This document shows positions 18,809 through 28,584 of a stretch of DNA of 64,000 nucleotides, one piece after another; position 1 is the stretch's first letter, and each line of letters starts with the position of its first letter. Under the pieces are notes generated by a model. That model did no database searches. It was not told the DNA's origin and saw only the letters and a program-made list of their open reading frames with translations. A program made the translations under genes and the position numbers. Source of the DNA: Elusimicrobiota bacterium (GTDB lineage Bacteria > Elusimicrobiota > Elusimicrobia > F11); the NCBI GenBank assembly GCA_044221725.1, contig JBGAON010000001.1, forward strand, positions 448,001 through 512,000. Direction: 5' to 3'.

Positions 18809-19458
18809 GAATCGCTAATTTTTCTGGGGTTCGCGCTTTTGTCGCCGTTTCGATGGTTCTATTTGGCGCCACGTCTGGGTTCGCGACAAATGTCGGATCA
18901 CCGGAGTCTGTGAAGATCAAGTTTTACGAGTTCTGGGTTTCGCCGAACACCGATTGCACGGGCCTAACGCGCGTTTTTAACGACGCGAGTCCCTCGTATC
19001 AGGATGTGGTCGGGAGTATTTCGTTCGGTCAGATGACGATTCCGAATGGAACCTATCAGTGCGTCGCGTTCAAAATAAGCGACGTCGTGAAGTTGACTCC
19101 CAACTACAACTCCGATTTCGGGCATTGCGTTCAAGGCACCGAAATCACACGCGACCTTTTTCGAACCGGTGACACCTCGCAGTCTCCGGATGGAACGGTC
19201 ATCACTGGAAGTGGAACGAACCCCACTGGCCAAATAGAGAACGGTATGTATATCTATCTCTCGACGAACGGCGACACGGTTAACAATTCCGGAAATGTGC
19301 CATCGTCGCCAGCGAAGCTCGATAACGCGTACGTTGTCAGCGGCGACAACAATGCGATTGCGGTTTTTGATTTTACGAACGGAATCGAGGATACCGGTGC
19401 AGGTTCGGGAGGATCGTGTAGTCCGGAAGAAGTGACGTTTCGGTTCCGATATCAATAA
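18805..19458 (+). CDS. Hypothetical secreted beta-rich protein with 4 Cys
   Basis: ATG at 18805 after a GGGAG RBS; signal peptide MRIANFSGVRAFVAVSMVLFGATSGFA. Confidence 0.7.
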   Translation: MRIANFSGVRAFVAVSMVLFGATSGFATNVGSPESVKIKFYEFWVSPNTDCTGLTRVFNDASPSYQDVVGSISFGQMTIPNGTYQCVAFKISDVVKLTPNYNSDFGHCVQGTEITRDLFRTGDTSQSPDGTVITGSGTNPTGQIENGMYIYLSTNGDTVNNSGNVPSSPAKLDNAYVVSGDNNAIAVFDFTNGIEDTGAGSGGSCSPEEVTFRFRYQ

Positions 19459-19480
19459 TATTTTCTGAAGGGGGAATGTA

Positions 19481-20131
19481 ATGAAAACGCTCGGTAAGGT
19501 CGCTGGCTGTTTTGTCGGTCTTGTCGTCTGTGCCTTGAATCTTCGTGCTGCTGAAGTCGGATCCAATCAAATCAGTGTCCGGTTGGGTGCCGCGTTTCCT
19601 ACCTCCGCGAATAATTTCAGTGATTCCGCCAAAACTGGGTTTGCCGGCGGAGTCCAGTACTTGCGGCATCTTTCGCCGAAGATCGGCGTCGGCGTTCAAA
19701 CCGATTATTTTTCGTTTGCCGGAAAAGATCGGTCGATCGTTTTGCCAACCGGAACCTTGGACGCGAATTCAGATTCCGATTCGATGACCGCAGAATTGGT
19801 GGGGCGTTATAGTTTTCGGGCAGAGAAGAAGCTTTGTCCTTATCTGCTGGCGGGCGTCGGTGTCGCGCATTTTTCGCAGAAAACCATGGCGACTCCGAAG
19901 AATGGAACAACGTGGACGGACACTGGCACCCGCGAAGAACGCACGGTTGCCGATGATTCGTCTACGAGTTACGCGTTGTCGTTTGGTGCCGGTGTTGAAA
20001 CCAAGCTGACCGAAAGATTTACCGGAGCTCTCGAAACCAATTGGCACATTTTTGGCGTTGATAGCGACAAATTTGGGGCCGACGCCATCAACGTGCCCAG
20101 CCTGTTCGCTCGATTGGGTTGGTTGTTCTGA
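19481..20131 (+). CDS. Outer-membrane beta-barrel protein (8-stranded, OmpA/OmpW-like)
   Basis: Signal peptide, PYLLAGVG, FGAGVE, C-terminal aromatic LGWLF. Confidence 0.8.
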   Translation: MKTLGKVAGCFVGLVVCALNLRAAEVGSNQISVRLGAAFPTSANNFSDSAKTGFAGGVQYLRHLSPKIGVGVQTDYFSFAGKDRSIVLPTGTLDANSDSDSMTAELVGRYSFRAEKKLCPYLLAGVGVAHFSQKTMATPKNGTTWTDTGTREERTVADDSSTSYALSFGAGVETKLTERFTGALETNWHIFGVDSDKFGADAINVPSLFARLGWLF

Positions 20132-20195
20132 TCCAAAATCGCATGAGGCCAATTAATCGCTTGCATTCTTGGTTAACGACGCGCATCCTTACTGC

Positions 20196-20603
20196 ATGAG
20201 AGCTGCTTCGCCTCGTAAACTGACGCGTTTCTACATCATTAATCCTGTTGGTGATCGCCGGCTTGAACAGCGATTCGAATCCAAAGAAGATATCGTCCTG
20301 CGAATTCCTCAATCCGGGAAAATGGGTCCCGCTGTTGCGTACGACGTTGGTCGGCATGGAATGCGACTGGAATGCGAATGGAATATCCAGCCCGGAACGG
20401 ATATCGAAGCGGTATTTCCAAATACGTCGGACCACATGCGTTGCTTCGGGCATGTTGTTTGGGTCCGGGAACGCGCATTTGGAAAATTCTACGATTGCGG
20501 TGTTTCCATTGATGTGTGGCACGGCATCGTCAGTGGAGAGAGTTCCTGGACCGTCGTTAAAGGCAGTACCCCGAAATCCGAACGCCGTAAAAAATCCCGC
20601 TAG
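20196..20603 (+). CDS. PilZ-domain protein
   Basis: RRLEQR (RxxxR) and DVGRHG (DxxxxG), GHVVWV. Confidence 0.7.
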   Translation: MRAASPRKLTRFYIINPVGDRRLEQRFESKEDIVLRIPQSGKMGPAVAYDVGRHGMRLECEWNIQPGTDIEAVFPNTSDHMRCFGHVVWVRERAFGKFYDCGVSIDVWHGIVSGESSWTVVKGSTPKSERRKKSR

Positions 20604-20626
20604 TTTCGTTTATAATCTCCCTCTCA

Positions 20627-21298
20627 ATGGAAACAGAGAAGATACGTAGCTTTCTATCCAATGTCGACCCGTTTAAAGGCTTGCCGGCAGCCGAAATGGA
20701 CCGTCTTGTTTCATCAATGCAGGAAATTCGCAGCACAAAAGGGGAGATTGTTTTTACCGAAGGTGACGAAGCCGCCAGTGTTTGGGTGCTGTTCGATGGA
20801 CGTCTCGAAATCTTCAAGTACACGAGCGACGGAAAACCACGAGCGATCGAAATAATCCAACCCAGAGAATTGTATGGAACGCTCTGTCGACTCGGATCAA
20901 ACGGCCGTGCCTATCCATGCACCGCGGTCGCATCGGTCGATTCTTTGTCGTTCCGAATTCCAGATTCGATCTTCCTCGACGTGTTTCAGCGCAATCCTTC
21001 GATGGTTACCGGCGTTTGTGCGTTGTGCAGCAACCGGCTCAACATGATGCAAGAACTTACTTGTTCGACTCAGGAGCCGGTAGAAAAACGGATCCTTCGA
21101 ACGCTGTTTCAGCTGTCAATAAAACATGGGAACGTGCTGCCTTACACGAAAAAGCAGATTGGTGAGCTCTCCGCGACCACCGTCGAGACAGCAATTCGTA
21201 CATTGAGCAAATTCCAAAAGAAGAACTGGATTGCTTCGGCGCGCGGCAAAATAACGCTGAAAGACAGCACGAAGCTGGAAGCCCTCCTTCAAAGTTAA
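20627..21298 (+). CDS. Crp/Fnr-family transcriptional regulator
   Basis: cNMP-binding-like domain (VFTEGD...YPCTA), HTH with TTVETAIRTLS. Confidence 0.92.
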   Translation: METEKIRSFLSNVDPFKGLPAAEMDRLVSSMQEIRSTKGEIVFTEGDEAASVWVLFDGRLEIFKYTSDGKPRAIEIIQPRELYGTLCRLGSNGRAYPCTAVASVDSLSFRIPDSIFLDVFQRNPSMVTGVCALCSNRLNMMQELTCSTQEPVEKRILRTLFQLSIKHGNVLPYTKKQIGELSATTVETAIRTLSKFQKKNWIASARGKITLKDSTKLEALLQS

Positions 21299-21304
21299 AT
21301 TCTT

Positions 21305-21330
21305 CCTTTTATGATCCGAATCATAAAAGG
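21305..21330. promoter_or_regulatory. Perfect palindrome containing an FNR-like box ATGAT-N4-ATCAT; may double as a terminator
   Basis: CCTTTTATGAT-CCGA-ATCATAAAAGG followed by TTTTT, between the Crp/Fnr gene and the CBS gene. Confidence 0.65.
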
Positions 21331-21385
21331 TTTTTCCCAAATCCGGTAAATAAGACCAGTCCCAAGCGCTCAAAGGGAGGATCTC

Positions 21386-21862
21386 ATGAAAGGAAATTTA
21401 CCGCGGCAGGTGATGGCCTGCGAAATTATGACGAAGCCCGTGGAAACGGTTCAATTAAAAGATTCGTTGCGTGATGTTGCGCGTCTTTTTACGGAAAATC
21501 ATATCGGCGCGGCCGCCGTTGTTGACGCAGAAGGCAAGCCCGTCGGCGTTATTACGAAGACCGACATCGTCCGGTTTGAGGACGACCGCGTCAGCGCGAG
21601 TCTTATGGAAAAGAAAGAGCTCCAGGGGCTGCGGCGAGAACCGGCACGTTCCGGTTATCACCTGGTGGAAGACGATGCCGTGGTGTCCGAATGGATGACA
21701 CCGGTCATTTTTAGCGTCGGTCTTGAGACGCCGCTCAAAGAAATTGCGTTGCGCATGGTACGGTATGGCATTCATCACATCTTTGTACGCGCAAAGGATG
21801 ACGGTGTGATCGCCGGAATTGTGAGCAGTTTCGACGTGCTTCGACAGGTCGCTCATGAGTAG
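21386..21862 (+). CDS. CBS-domain pair protein
   Basis: IMTKPV...GVITKTDI and WMTPVI...GIVSSFDV. Confidence 0.9.
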   Translation: MKGNLPRQVMACEIMTKPVETVQLKDSLRDVARLFTENHIGAAAVVDAEGKPVGVITKTDIVRFEDDRVSASLMEKKELQGLRREPARSGYHLVEDDAVVSEWMTPVIFSVGLETPLKEIALRMVRYGIHHIFVRAKDDGVIAGIVSSFDVLRQVAHE

Positions 21863-22196
21863 TTCGCCTTCGGATTTGGCTGTGTTTGATCGGTTGGTCG
21901 GTCGCATCGCCGGCGCCATCTACAGCGACGTTAGTCACGTTTTTCCTCAGCCGCCCCTGTTGTTGGTTCCGGCGATTACGTTTAAAGTTCGACGTGTGCT
22001 TGAGAGCGTCACGGACCTCAAATATCTTACGTCCGCTCAGAAAAAGATATTGGCCAACGATTTGAGAGTTTCTATTGTGCCGATGCTTTTTTCGTACGAG
22101 ATTGAACCGGAAACAATTGAGGAACTTGCCCCGATTATTGAAACAGCCGCTTTTAAAGGGCTGTCCACCGAAGGAGATCATCATGAAAAGGTCTAG
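21855..22196 (+). CDS. Hypothetical protein
   Basis: Overlaps the flanking genes in operon fashion. Confidence 0.55.
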   Translation: MSSSPSDLAVFDRLVGRIAGAIYSDVSHVFPQPPLLLVPAITFKVRRVLESVTDLKYLTSAQKKILANDLRVSIVPMLFSYEIEPETIEELAPIIETAAFKGLSTEGDHHEKV

Positions 22197-22800
22197 AGGA
22201 ATACTTGCAGCGACTCTCGTCTTTCTTAGTTTGCACCAAGGAACCCTTCGTTCCGAAATCGCGACGGGTGCGGTGGCGCCGCGGTTGGCGGTTGGCAGCA
22301 AAGTGTGGCTGGTTGGCGATTCCACGCTGCATGAATTTACGAGCACCACTGAGAAATTCGATGTTGATATGGCTTTGCGCCCGGCCGCCGGGGCCACGTT
22401 GTTCGAAAAACTCGCCAACGGGGGAATTGAAAAATTGGAAGTAAAGATTCCGATTGTGGAATTAAAATCTCACAAAAGCGGGCTTGATAAAAACATGCAG
22501 AAGTCGTTAAAAGCCGAAGAGTTCCCCGTGATTCTGTTCCACGGAAACAACTGCTCTATCGTTTCCAAGGACCTTGAGAAAAAAATTCTAAAGATTTCCG
22601 CCTCTGGTAACCTCGAAGTTGCCGGCGTAAAAAAAGAGGAAGTGTTGGACGCAACGGTGACGGCGGCGGATGGTGGAATACGAATTGAGGGAACGAAAGA
22701 TTTATTGATGACAGATTTCGGAATTAAACCACCAAAGATGATGATGATCAAAACTGAAAACCGCGTCGTTATTCACTTCGATTTGTCGTACGCCAATTAA
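22183..22800 (+). CDS. YceI-family protein
   Basis: GDSTLHEF, LKS.KSGLDKNM..SLKAEEFP.I.F, MTDFGIKPP; AAGGAG RBS. Confidence 0.85.
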   Translation: MKRSRGILAATLVFLSLHQGTLRSEIATGAVAPRLAVGSKVWLVGDSTLHEFTSTTEKFDVDMALRPAAGATLFEKLANGGIEKLEVKIPIVELKSHKSGLDKNMQKSLKAEEFPVILFHGNNCSIVSKDLEKKILKISASGNLEVAGVKKEEVLDATVTAADGGIRIEGTKDLLMTDFGIKPPKMMMIKTENRVVIHFDLSYAN

Positions 22801-23345
22801 AGGTTGGCGGCGTCGAGAGCGAGAATGTCGTTTATGTGAAACGAACGGCTGCCATCGGATTTCATGCGCAGCCGTTTCACGTTGTACTCCTCAAATTGCC
22901 CGGTGAATTGCTGTCCGGTTTTTAAGTACACCGTTATTTTCATTCCTTTCGTTAAGTGATTCAGAGCATTGTCGAGCTTGTCCCCGCTATAAACGGTGGG
23001 TCCCGTCGGTAGAACAACGGTTTCTCGAATTGCCTCCTCGGCACGCACGTCATTTCGGAGTTTGAGAACCGCGTCGGCGAAATCCATGATGTTGGGAAAT
23101 TTCTTCGCCAGTACTTTGATGTCGTCCAATGCCTTCTTCGTGTCGTCGGCGCCGATGTTCAATAGATCCATCAGCGTGCGCACATACGGTCCTTCCGTCG
23201 AGCGTAGCTCCATTTGAAGACCTTGATAACCCATTACGAGAAACTCTTTTGTCCGCAAATCGTCAGCAGCCCAGGTGGCTGACGTCAGTGTTGATACAAT
23301 TAGAGTGAGGAATAGAAGTGTTCGTTTGTGATTTAATTTGTTCAT
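22797..23345 (-). CDS. Hypothetical exported protein
   Basis: Signal peptide ending TWA-A; helical domain plus a small C-terminal beta domain. Confidence 0.6.
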   Translation of the reverse strand: MNKLNHKRTLLFLTLIVSTLTSATWAADDLRTKEFLVMGYQGLQMELRSTEGPYVRTLMDLLNIGADDTKKALDDIKVLAKKFPNIMDFADAVLKLRNDVRAEEAIRETVVLPTGPTVYSGDKLDNALNHLTKGMKITVYLKTGQQFTGQFEEYNVKRLRMKSDGSRSFHINDILALDAANL

Positions 23346-23379
23346 TGATGTTTTTTGATATTACAAATTCACTTCGTTA

Positions 23380-23422
23380 TATGAGCCAAATCATAGTGCT
23401 ATTCGGTCTGGCGTGTTATTTT
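23380..23422 (+). promoter_or_regulatory. FNR-like box and extended -10 upstream of the porin gene
   Basis: TATGAG-CCAA-ATCATA (23380-23395); TGnTATTTT at 23414-23422, spacing typical of a class II activated promoter. Confidence 0.55.
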
Positions 23423-23453
23423 TAGATCAATCAAATTCTAATAAGGAGCTTAT

Positions 23454-24746
23454 ATGAAGAGCATAAAAACCATGTGGATGTCGGGGATGCTGACACTGGG
23501 TATAGCGGCATCGGCTTTTGCAATGGGTCATGAGATTGCAAACACCGATAACTTCACAATGAACATTGGAGGCCGTATCCAAGAAGTAGCCTATGGTCAG
23601 CTTGTGCACGATCCGGTGCCAAGCAAAGACAATGCGCGGGTGTACCTGTTTCTTAAGCAGGCACGCTTGAACATCAATGGCCAAGTGGAAGGCATAAAGT
23701 ACAACACAGAATGGGTCGGTGCAGCGGAAGATATCAACGGATCGAACAATGGTCTGACGTTGCTCGACTTTTGGTTTGATGTGCCGGTGTATAAAACCCA
23801 ATCCACATGGTTTCGAGTGGGACAATTCAAAGTGCCTTACGGCCGTGAAAGCTTGAACGATGAAGCGCAGTTTCAAATGGTCGACACCTCCATTGATTAC
23901 AAATCGTTCAATTTGGGCCGCGACGTGGGTGCTGCTCTCCATTCTTACTTTGGGAAATTCGGTGGAACCGCGGGCGTGTTCACGGGCGGTGCGCGCGACG
24001 TGCCTCTGCGCTTCTTGCCCGAGCATTTGGGTGTGCCCATGTTCGTTGGCCGTGTCGGTTACAACGACGGCTTGGATAAAGATGTGTACACGGTTGCGCA
24101 GAACGATCTTCATCCGGTCCGTTTTGTAAAAGCGACCCACATCAACGGCATGTACATGAAAGACACGCGCATTGGTCATTCGACGGTTCTAAACACGAGA
24201 ACTTCTGAGAAAACATTCATGTTGAACACGAACTGGAATCCTTATCTGGCGCGCACGCCGTACGATCGCGGTTCTTTCTGGCAGGGCGGTTGGGACGGTG
24301 CAATGCGTGGGCCGATTGGAAAAGATTCCGCGTGGACGGCCGAAGCGCAAGCCGATTATTCTTCTTACTCGAACAAATACGGCGCGCTGCGCACCTGGGG
24401 TCTGCGCACACAAGCGGGCGTGTTAAAAGGAAAATTCGAAGCGGCGCTCAGATACGCGTTGCTGATTCCCGACAACAACTTCACGAACGGTGGCGTGAAA
24501 ATTACTGGCACCGAGAAAATGCAAGAAGTAACGCCCGCGTTCAGCTATTACATGCGCGGTCACGATCACAAGGTCGTGCTGGACTTCCCAATCCTGATCA
24601 ATGTCCCGGTCTTTATTGAGAACGCGGCGGGATTGTACGTGTCCACCGAGCAACCCGATCAGGCATCTGTCATTAAGCCGGCGACCGGAGGTGTCGCACG
24701 CCAAACGGTACCCGAAGCACGAATCATGTACCAATTGGCTTTCTGA
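23454..24746 (+). CDS. Outer-membrane porin (OprO/OprP-like)
   Basis: Signal peptide, ARLNING, RVGQFKVPYGRE, GRDVG, C-terminal YQLAF. Confidence 0.8.
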   Translation: MKSIKTMWMSGMLTLGIAASAFAMGHEIANTDNFTMNIGGRIQEVAYGQLVHDPVPSKDNARVYLFLKQARLNINGQVEGIKYNTEWVGAAEDINGSNNGLTLLDFWFDVPVYKTQSTWFRVGQFKVPYGRESLNDEAQFQMVDTSIDYKSFNLGRDVGAALHSYFGKFGGTAGVFTGGARDVPLRFLPEHLGVPMFVGRVGYNDGLDKDVYTVAQNDLHPVRFVKATHINGMYMKDTRIGHSTVLNTRTSEKTFMLNTNWNPYLARTPYDRGSFWQGGWDGAMRGPIGKDSAWTAEAQADYSSYSNKYGALRTWGLRTQAGVLKGKFEAALRYALLIPDNNFTNGGVKITGTEKMQEVTPAFSYYMRGHDHKVVLDFPILINVPVFIENAAGLYVSTEQPDQASVIKPATGGVARQTVPEARIMYQLAF

Positions 24747-25342
24747 TGCCGAAAAAGGTCAAACGGGCGATTAGGTTAGGAATGCTCTCCATCGCTCTTG
24801 CAGGGAGACTGGGGGCCGAACAGGCCTCCGTCTCCTTGCAAGAGAAAGACGGAGGGTACACGTTGGAAGGTACGTTCTTCTTGCAAGCGCCCCGTGTTGT
24901 GGTATGGAACGTGTTAACGGACTATGATCACATCGCCAACTTTGTCTCGTCGATGAAGCACAGCAAGATCCGGGAACAAACGCTCGATGGTTATGTCGTG
25001 GACCAGAAGATGCGCGGGGAATTTCTGTTTTTTAAGCGCACGGTGCACGTGGCGCTCGAGACGAAGGAACAAGAGGATGGCGTGATTACGTTCAAGGACA
25101 TCTCGCACGAAGATTTTGATCGGTACGAGGGATCGTGGAAAGTGGAGCCAACGGTCGCTGGAACAGTTGTGATTTACAAACTGGATGTGAAAAGTAATTT
25201 CCCCGCACCAGGATTTGTCAAACGAAACGTCGTCAAAAACAATGTGTCTGCGTTGCTCGAGGAGTTGAAAGCAGAAATGTTGCAGCGCAGCGAAAAAGAA
25301 AATCTCACCGCAAAACCGGCCGCTTCGCGATCAGGATCGTAA
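24746..25342 (+). CDS. SRPBCC / polyketide cyclase-like protein with a signal peptide
   Basis: VWNVLTDYDHIANFV, FDRYEGSW. Confidence 0.8.
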   Translation: MPKKVKRAIRLGMLSIALAGRLGAEQASVSLQEKDGGYTLEGTFFLQAPRVVVWNVLTDYDHIANFVSSMKHSKIREQTLDGYVVDQKMRGEFLFFKRTVHVALETKEQEDGVITFKDISHEDFDRYEGSWKVEPTVAGTVVIYKLDVKSNFPAPGFVKRNVVKNNVSALLEELKAEMLQRSEKENLTAKPAASRSGS

Positions 25343-26164
25343 CGCTTCGGTCAGTCTTACCGCTTCGCGCGTTGCGCGAACGTCGTGAGTTCGAATAATT
25401 GCAGCACCATTCAAAACCGCTGCCGCCGTCGCCGCCAACGAACCCGCCAGCCTGTCTTCCGGCTTTTTAATCTTAAGAAATTCTCCTATGAAGGATTTTC
25501 GGGATACTCCGACGAGAATGGGTTTCTTCAAATCGCACAGATTGCCGAGGTGCTTCAAAACCGCGAGATCCCATTGCCACCATTTCATCGGTTGATCGCG
25601 AAAAAATCCAATGCCCGGATCAATAGCCACGCGGGATTCGCTAACGCCGCTCTTCAAAGCAATCTTTACCGAATTCGATAAAAGGTTCTTAACGCTGCTT
25701 ATGGGATTGCCGCTTCTCTGTCTTAGTCCCGCTGGGTTCGCCATCACAATCACACCACGAAACTTTTTCGCTAGGGCCAGAATTTTTGGATCCGCTCGGA
25801 GCCCCGAGATGTCATTTAGGACGTCCGCGCCCGCGTCCAACGCGGCTCGGGCCGGCGCGTAGCGACTCGTATCCGCGCAGACGGGCACGCGGCACATTTT
25901 CTTAATCGAACGAATCGCAATTTTTAATCGGTAGGCTTCTTCCTCTTCGGTGATCCTCGTGTTTAAGTAGGGCGCAGTCGACATCGCGCCAACGTCAATG
26001 AAGTCGGCGCCTTCCACTTCCATCTTTCGCGCCGCGAGGCCAATCGACGCTTCATCCTTGTATATGGAGTCCTTATAAAAGGATTCGGGGCTTACGTTGA
26101 TCACGCCCATAACGCGAACCGGTTGCGACGGGCCGACGCACACGCCCGCAAGATTATTTTGCAT
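25331..26164 (-). CDS. folP: Dihydropteroate synthase
   Basis: MGVINVSPESF, IDVGAMST, IDPGIGF, GVSRKSF, IRTHDV. Confidence 0.93.
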   Translation of the reverse strand: MQNNLAGVCVGPSQPVRVMGVINVSPESFYKDSIYKDEASIGLAARKMEVEGADFIDVGAMSTAPYLNTRITEEEEAYRLKIAIRSIKKMCRVPVCADTSRYAPARAALDAGADVLNDISGLRADPKILALAKKFRGVIVMANPAGLRQRSGNPISSVKNLLSNSVKIALKSGVSESRVAIDPGIGFFRDQPMKWWQWDLAVLKHLGNLCDLKKPILVGVSRKSFIGEFLKIKKPEDRLAGSLAATAAAVLNGAAIIRTHDVRATREAVRLTEALRS

Positions 26165-26199
26165 GGAGCAAGATTACACGTTTGTGTTACCATCGGGCC

Positions 26200-26628
26200 A
26201 TGAAAACGACTCTGAAAACGGCGAAGGATTTTTCGACGGGCGGGCTCGTGTGGGATCCAAAAAAGAAGAAGCTGCTTTTGATTCGCGTGGAGAATTTGTC
26301 CGGAGAAAAAGTATGGACCTTTCCCAAGGGCCACCCCGAGAAAGAAGAAACTCCAGAGGAAGCGGCCGTGCGCGAAGTGGTGGAAGAGACGGGTTGGCAG
26401 TGCAGTGTCCTAGCACCGGTCACCGAGGTTCGGTACTTTTATGTGCACAATCGCACGCGTTTCGACAAGACCGTTCGATGGTTTCTTATGGAGCCCATTT
26501 CCCAGGTCGGAGAGTTTGATCCGGAAGAAGTGCTCGAAGTGCGTTGGGTTTCCCGCGCCGACGCCGAGAAACTAATTTCCTACAAGTCCGATAAAGATCT
26601 GTTAAAGCAAACCGCGCTTCTCCTATAA
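26200..26628 (+). CDS. NUDIX hydrolase
   Basis: WTFPKGHPEKEETPEEAAVREVVEETG Nudix box. Confidence 0.9.
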   Translation: MKTTLKTAKDFSTGGLVWDPKKKKLLLIRVENLSGEKVWTFPKGHPEKEETPEEAAVREVVEETGWQCSVLAPVTEVRYFYVHNRTRFDKTVRWFLMEPISQVGEFDPEEVLEVRWVSRADAEKLISYKSDKDLLKQTALLL

Positions 26629-26636
26629 TTCCGTCC

Positions 26637-28118
26637 ATGTCCACGATTACAACCTCGTCTACAACTTACGAACCGGTCATTGGTCTCGAAGTTCATGTTC
26701 AGATCAAAACAAACTCAAAACTGTTTTGCTCGTGCGAAACAAATTTTGGTGCGGCACCCAATTCCCACGTTTGCCCGGTGTGCACGGGCCAGCCCGGCGT
26801 TCTTCCGGTGTTGAACAGAAAAGCCGTTGAAGGAATCGTTAAAGTCGGCCTTGCGTTCGACTGCACGATCAATGAAGATTCCTTTTTTGCGCGCAAACAA
26901 TATTTTTATCCGGATTTGCCGAAGGCGTATCAAATCTCGCAGTCGGATAAACCGGTTTGCAGCGATGGGAAAATCGTGATCACCGTTGATGGAAAATCGA
27001 AAGTGATCCGTATCCAACGAATTCATTTGGAAGAAGATGCCGGCAAGCTCGTCCATTCGATTGGTTCGATGGAGCTTCCTTATTCGCTGGTTGACTTGAA
27101 CCGCTCGAGCATTCCGCTCATGGAAATTGTTTCTCATCCGGATCTTCGCAGCGCCGACGAGGCCCACGATTATCTTTCGGCGCTCAAAGCAGCGGTGCAA
27201 TACGTGGGCGTGTCCGATTGCGATATGGAGAAAGGATCTCTGCGCTGCGACGCGAACATTTCGGTGCGGCCGGTCGGCGAGACGAAATTCGGTACGCGCG
27301 TCGAAGTAAAGAACATGAACAGTTTCCGCGCTGTAAAAGACGCCATCTTGCACGAGATTGATCGGCAGGTGCGGTTAATCGAGGGTGGCGAGAAAGTCGT
27401 TCAGGAAACACGGCTTTGGAATGAATCCAAAGCGGCAACGTTCTCGATGCGCTCGAAAGAAGAAGCGCACGATTACCGCTATTTCCCCGAGCCGGATTTG
27501 TTGCCGCTCAAACTCACTTCCGATTGGATTGAATCCATTCGAAAGGCACTTCCCGAGCTGCCGGGCGCGCGGAAAGCGCGTCTCATAAAAAATTTAAATC
27601 TCAGCGATTACGACGCCGGTGTGCTCGTGGCCGATCAAGCGCTTGTGAATTATTTTGAAGAGGGCCTCAATCATTTGCCCGAAGGAATTCGTTCGAACGC
27701 GGCGAAACCGCTTGTGAACTGGACGACCACCGAGCTTCTCGGTCGGCTGAATCAAGATAAGAAGACGATCGAAGAGTCGCCGGTGTCAGCGAAATCGCTC
27801 GCGGAGCTCGTTGAGCTGATCAGCGGCGGAACGTTGTCGGGGAAAATGGCGAAGGATGTTTTTGGCGAGGTGTATGCGTCGGGTGGATCGCCGAAAGAAA
27901 TCGTCGCGAAAAAAGGTTTGGCGCAAGTGAGCAACGAAGGCGAGTTGCTGAAATTTATTGAAGAAGTGATCGCCGAAAATCCAAAAGTGGTGGACGACGT
28001 GAAGTCCGGGAAAGAGCGCGCGCTGGGTTCCCTCGTGGGCGCGCTTATGAAAAAGACGAAAGGCCGCGCCAACCCCCAGCTCGCCAACGAACTTTTGAAA
28101 AAGAAAATTCTTTCGTGA
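26637..28118 (+). CDS. gatB: Asp/Glu-tRNA amidotransferase subunit B
   Basis: VIGLEVHVQ, YFYPDLPKAYQISQ, HLEEDAGK, RSKEEAHDYRYFPEPDL. Confidence 0.97.
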   Translation: MSTITTSSTTYEPVIGLEVHVQIKTNSKLFCSCETNFGAAPNSHVCPVCTGQPGVLPVLNRKAVEGIVKVGLAFDCTINEDSFFARKQYFYPDLPKAYQISQSDKPVCSDGKIVITVDGKSKVIRIQRIHLEEDAGKLVHSIGSMELPYSLVDLNRSSIPLMEIVSHPDLRSADEAHDYLSALKAAVQYVGVSDCDMEKGSLRCDANISVRPVGETKFGTRVEVKNMNSFRAVKDAILHEIDRQVRLIEGGEKVVQETRLWNESKAATFSMRSKEEAHDYRYFPEPDLLPLKLTSDWIESIRKALPELPGARKARLIKNLNLSDYDAGVLVADQALVNYFEEGLNHLPEGIRSNAAKPLVNWTTTELLGRLNQDKKTIEESPVSAKSLAELVELISGGTLSGKMAKDVFGEVYASGGSPKEIVAKKGLAQVSNEGELLKFIEEVIAENPKVVDDVKSGKERALGSLVGALMKKTKGRANPQLANELLKKKILS

Positions 28119-28138
28119 GGACGATATTATTTAGATCT

Positions 28139-28209
28139 CGTCATCCCGGAATGTCTCTCTCCAGGATCCAAGTTAAATGGGCCCTGGATTGAGAATTCCC
28201 AGGGCGACG
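28139..28209. repeat. Palindromic element, GTCATCC family (intergenic)
   Basis: CGTCATCCCGG...CCAGGGCGACG; one arm matches 38617-38690. Confidence 0.8.
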
Positions 28210-28217
28210 CGCTCGCA

Positions 28218-28583
28218 ATGACACCTTCCATTGGGATCGATATCGAAGAGGTCAGCCGCTTCCGGCGGCTCGTTCGCAACGATCGGTTCATGGCGCGCGT
28301 CTACACGGCGCGCGAAATCGCTTACTGCAAAGAAAAGAAGAACAAGCTCGAACACTTCGCGGTGCGATTTGCGGCGAAGGAAGCGGTCTGGAAAGCGCTC
28401 AGCACGAGTTTAAAGCAACGGAAAACTTCGCTGGCGCATCACGACATTGGTGTTCGCAACGATTCCGAGGGGAAACCTCACGTGATGTTGCCGCGCGCTT
28501 TGGCATCGCTGGAAAAAAATATTTCGTTGTCTCTTTCGCACACGCGATCGACCGTGGTGGCGGTCGCCATCGTTCAACGCTGA
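28218..28583 (+). CDS. acpS: Holo-ACP synthase
   Basis: IGIDIEE, RFAAKEAVWKAL, LSLSH. Confidence 0.95.
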   Translation: MTPSIGIDIEEVSRFRRLVRNDRFMARVYTAREIAYCKEKKNKLEHFAVRFAAKEAVWKALSTSLKQRKTSLAHHDIGVRNDSEGKPHVMLPRALASLEKNISLSLSHTRSTVVAVAIVQR

Positions 28584-28584
28584 T

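Noticed and set aside
10589..20157. Exact 15-mer ATGAGGCCAATTAAT at 10589 and 20143, loosely FNR-box-like
   Set aside because: A few exact 15-mer matches are expected by chance in 64 kb, and -10 spacing does not fit as it does for the other boxes.
17967..25342. Genomic island integrated at tRNA-Tyr
   Set aside because: The genes look accessory, but no integrase and no duplicated tRNA 3' end were found.
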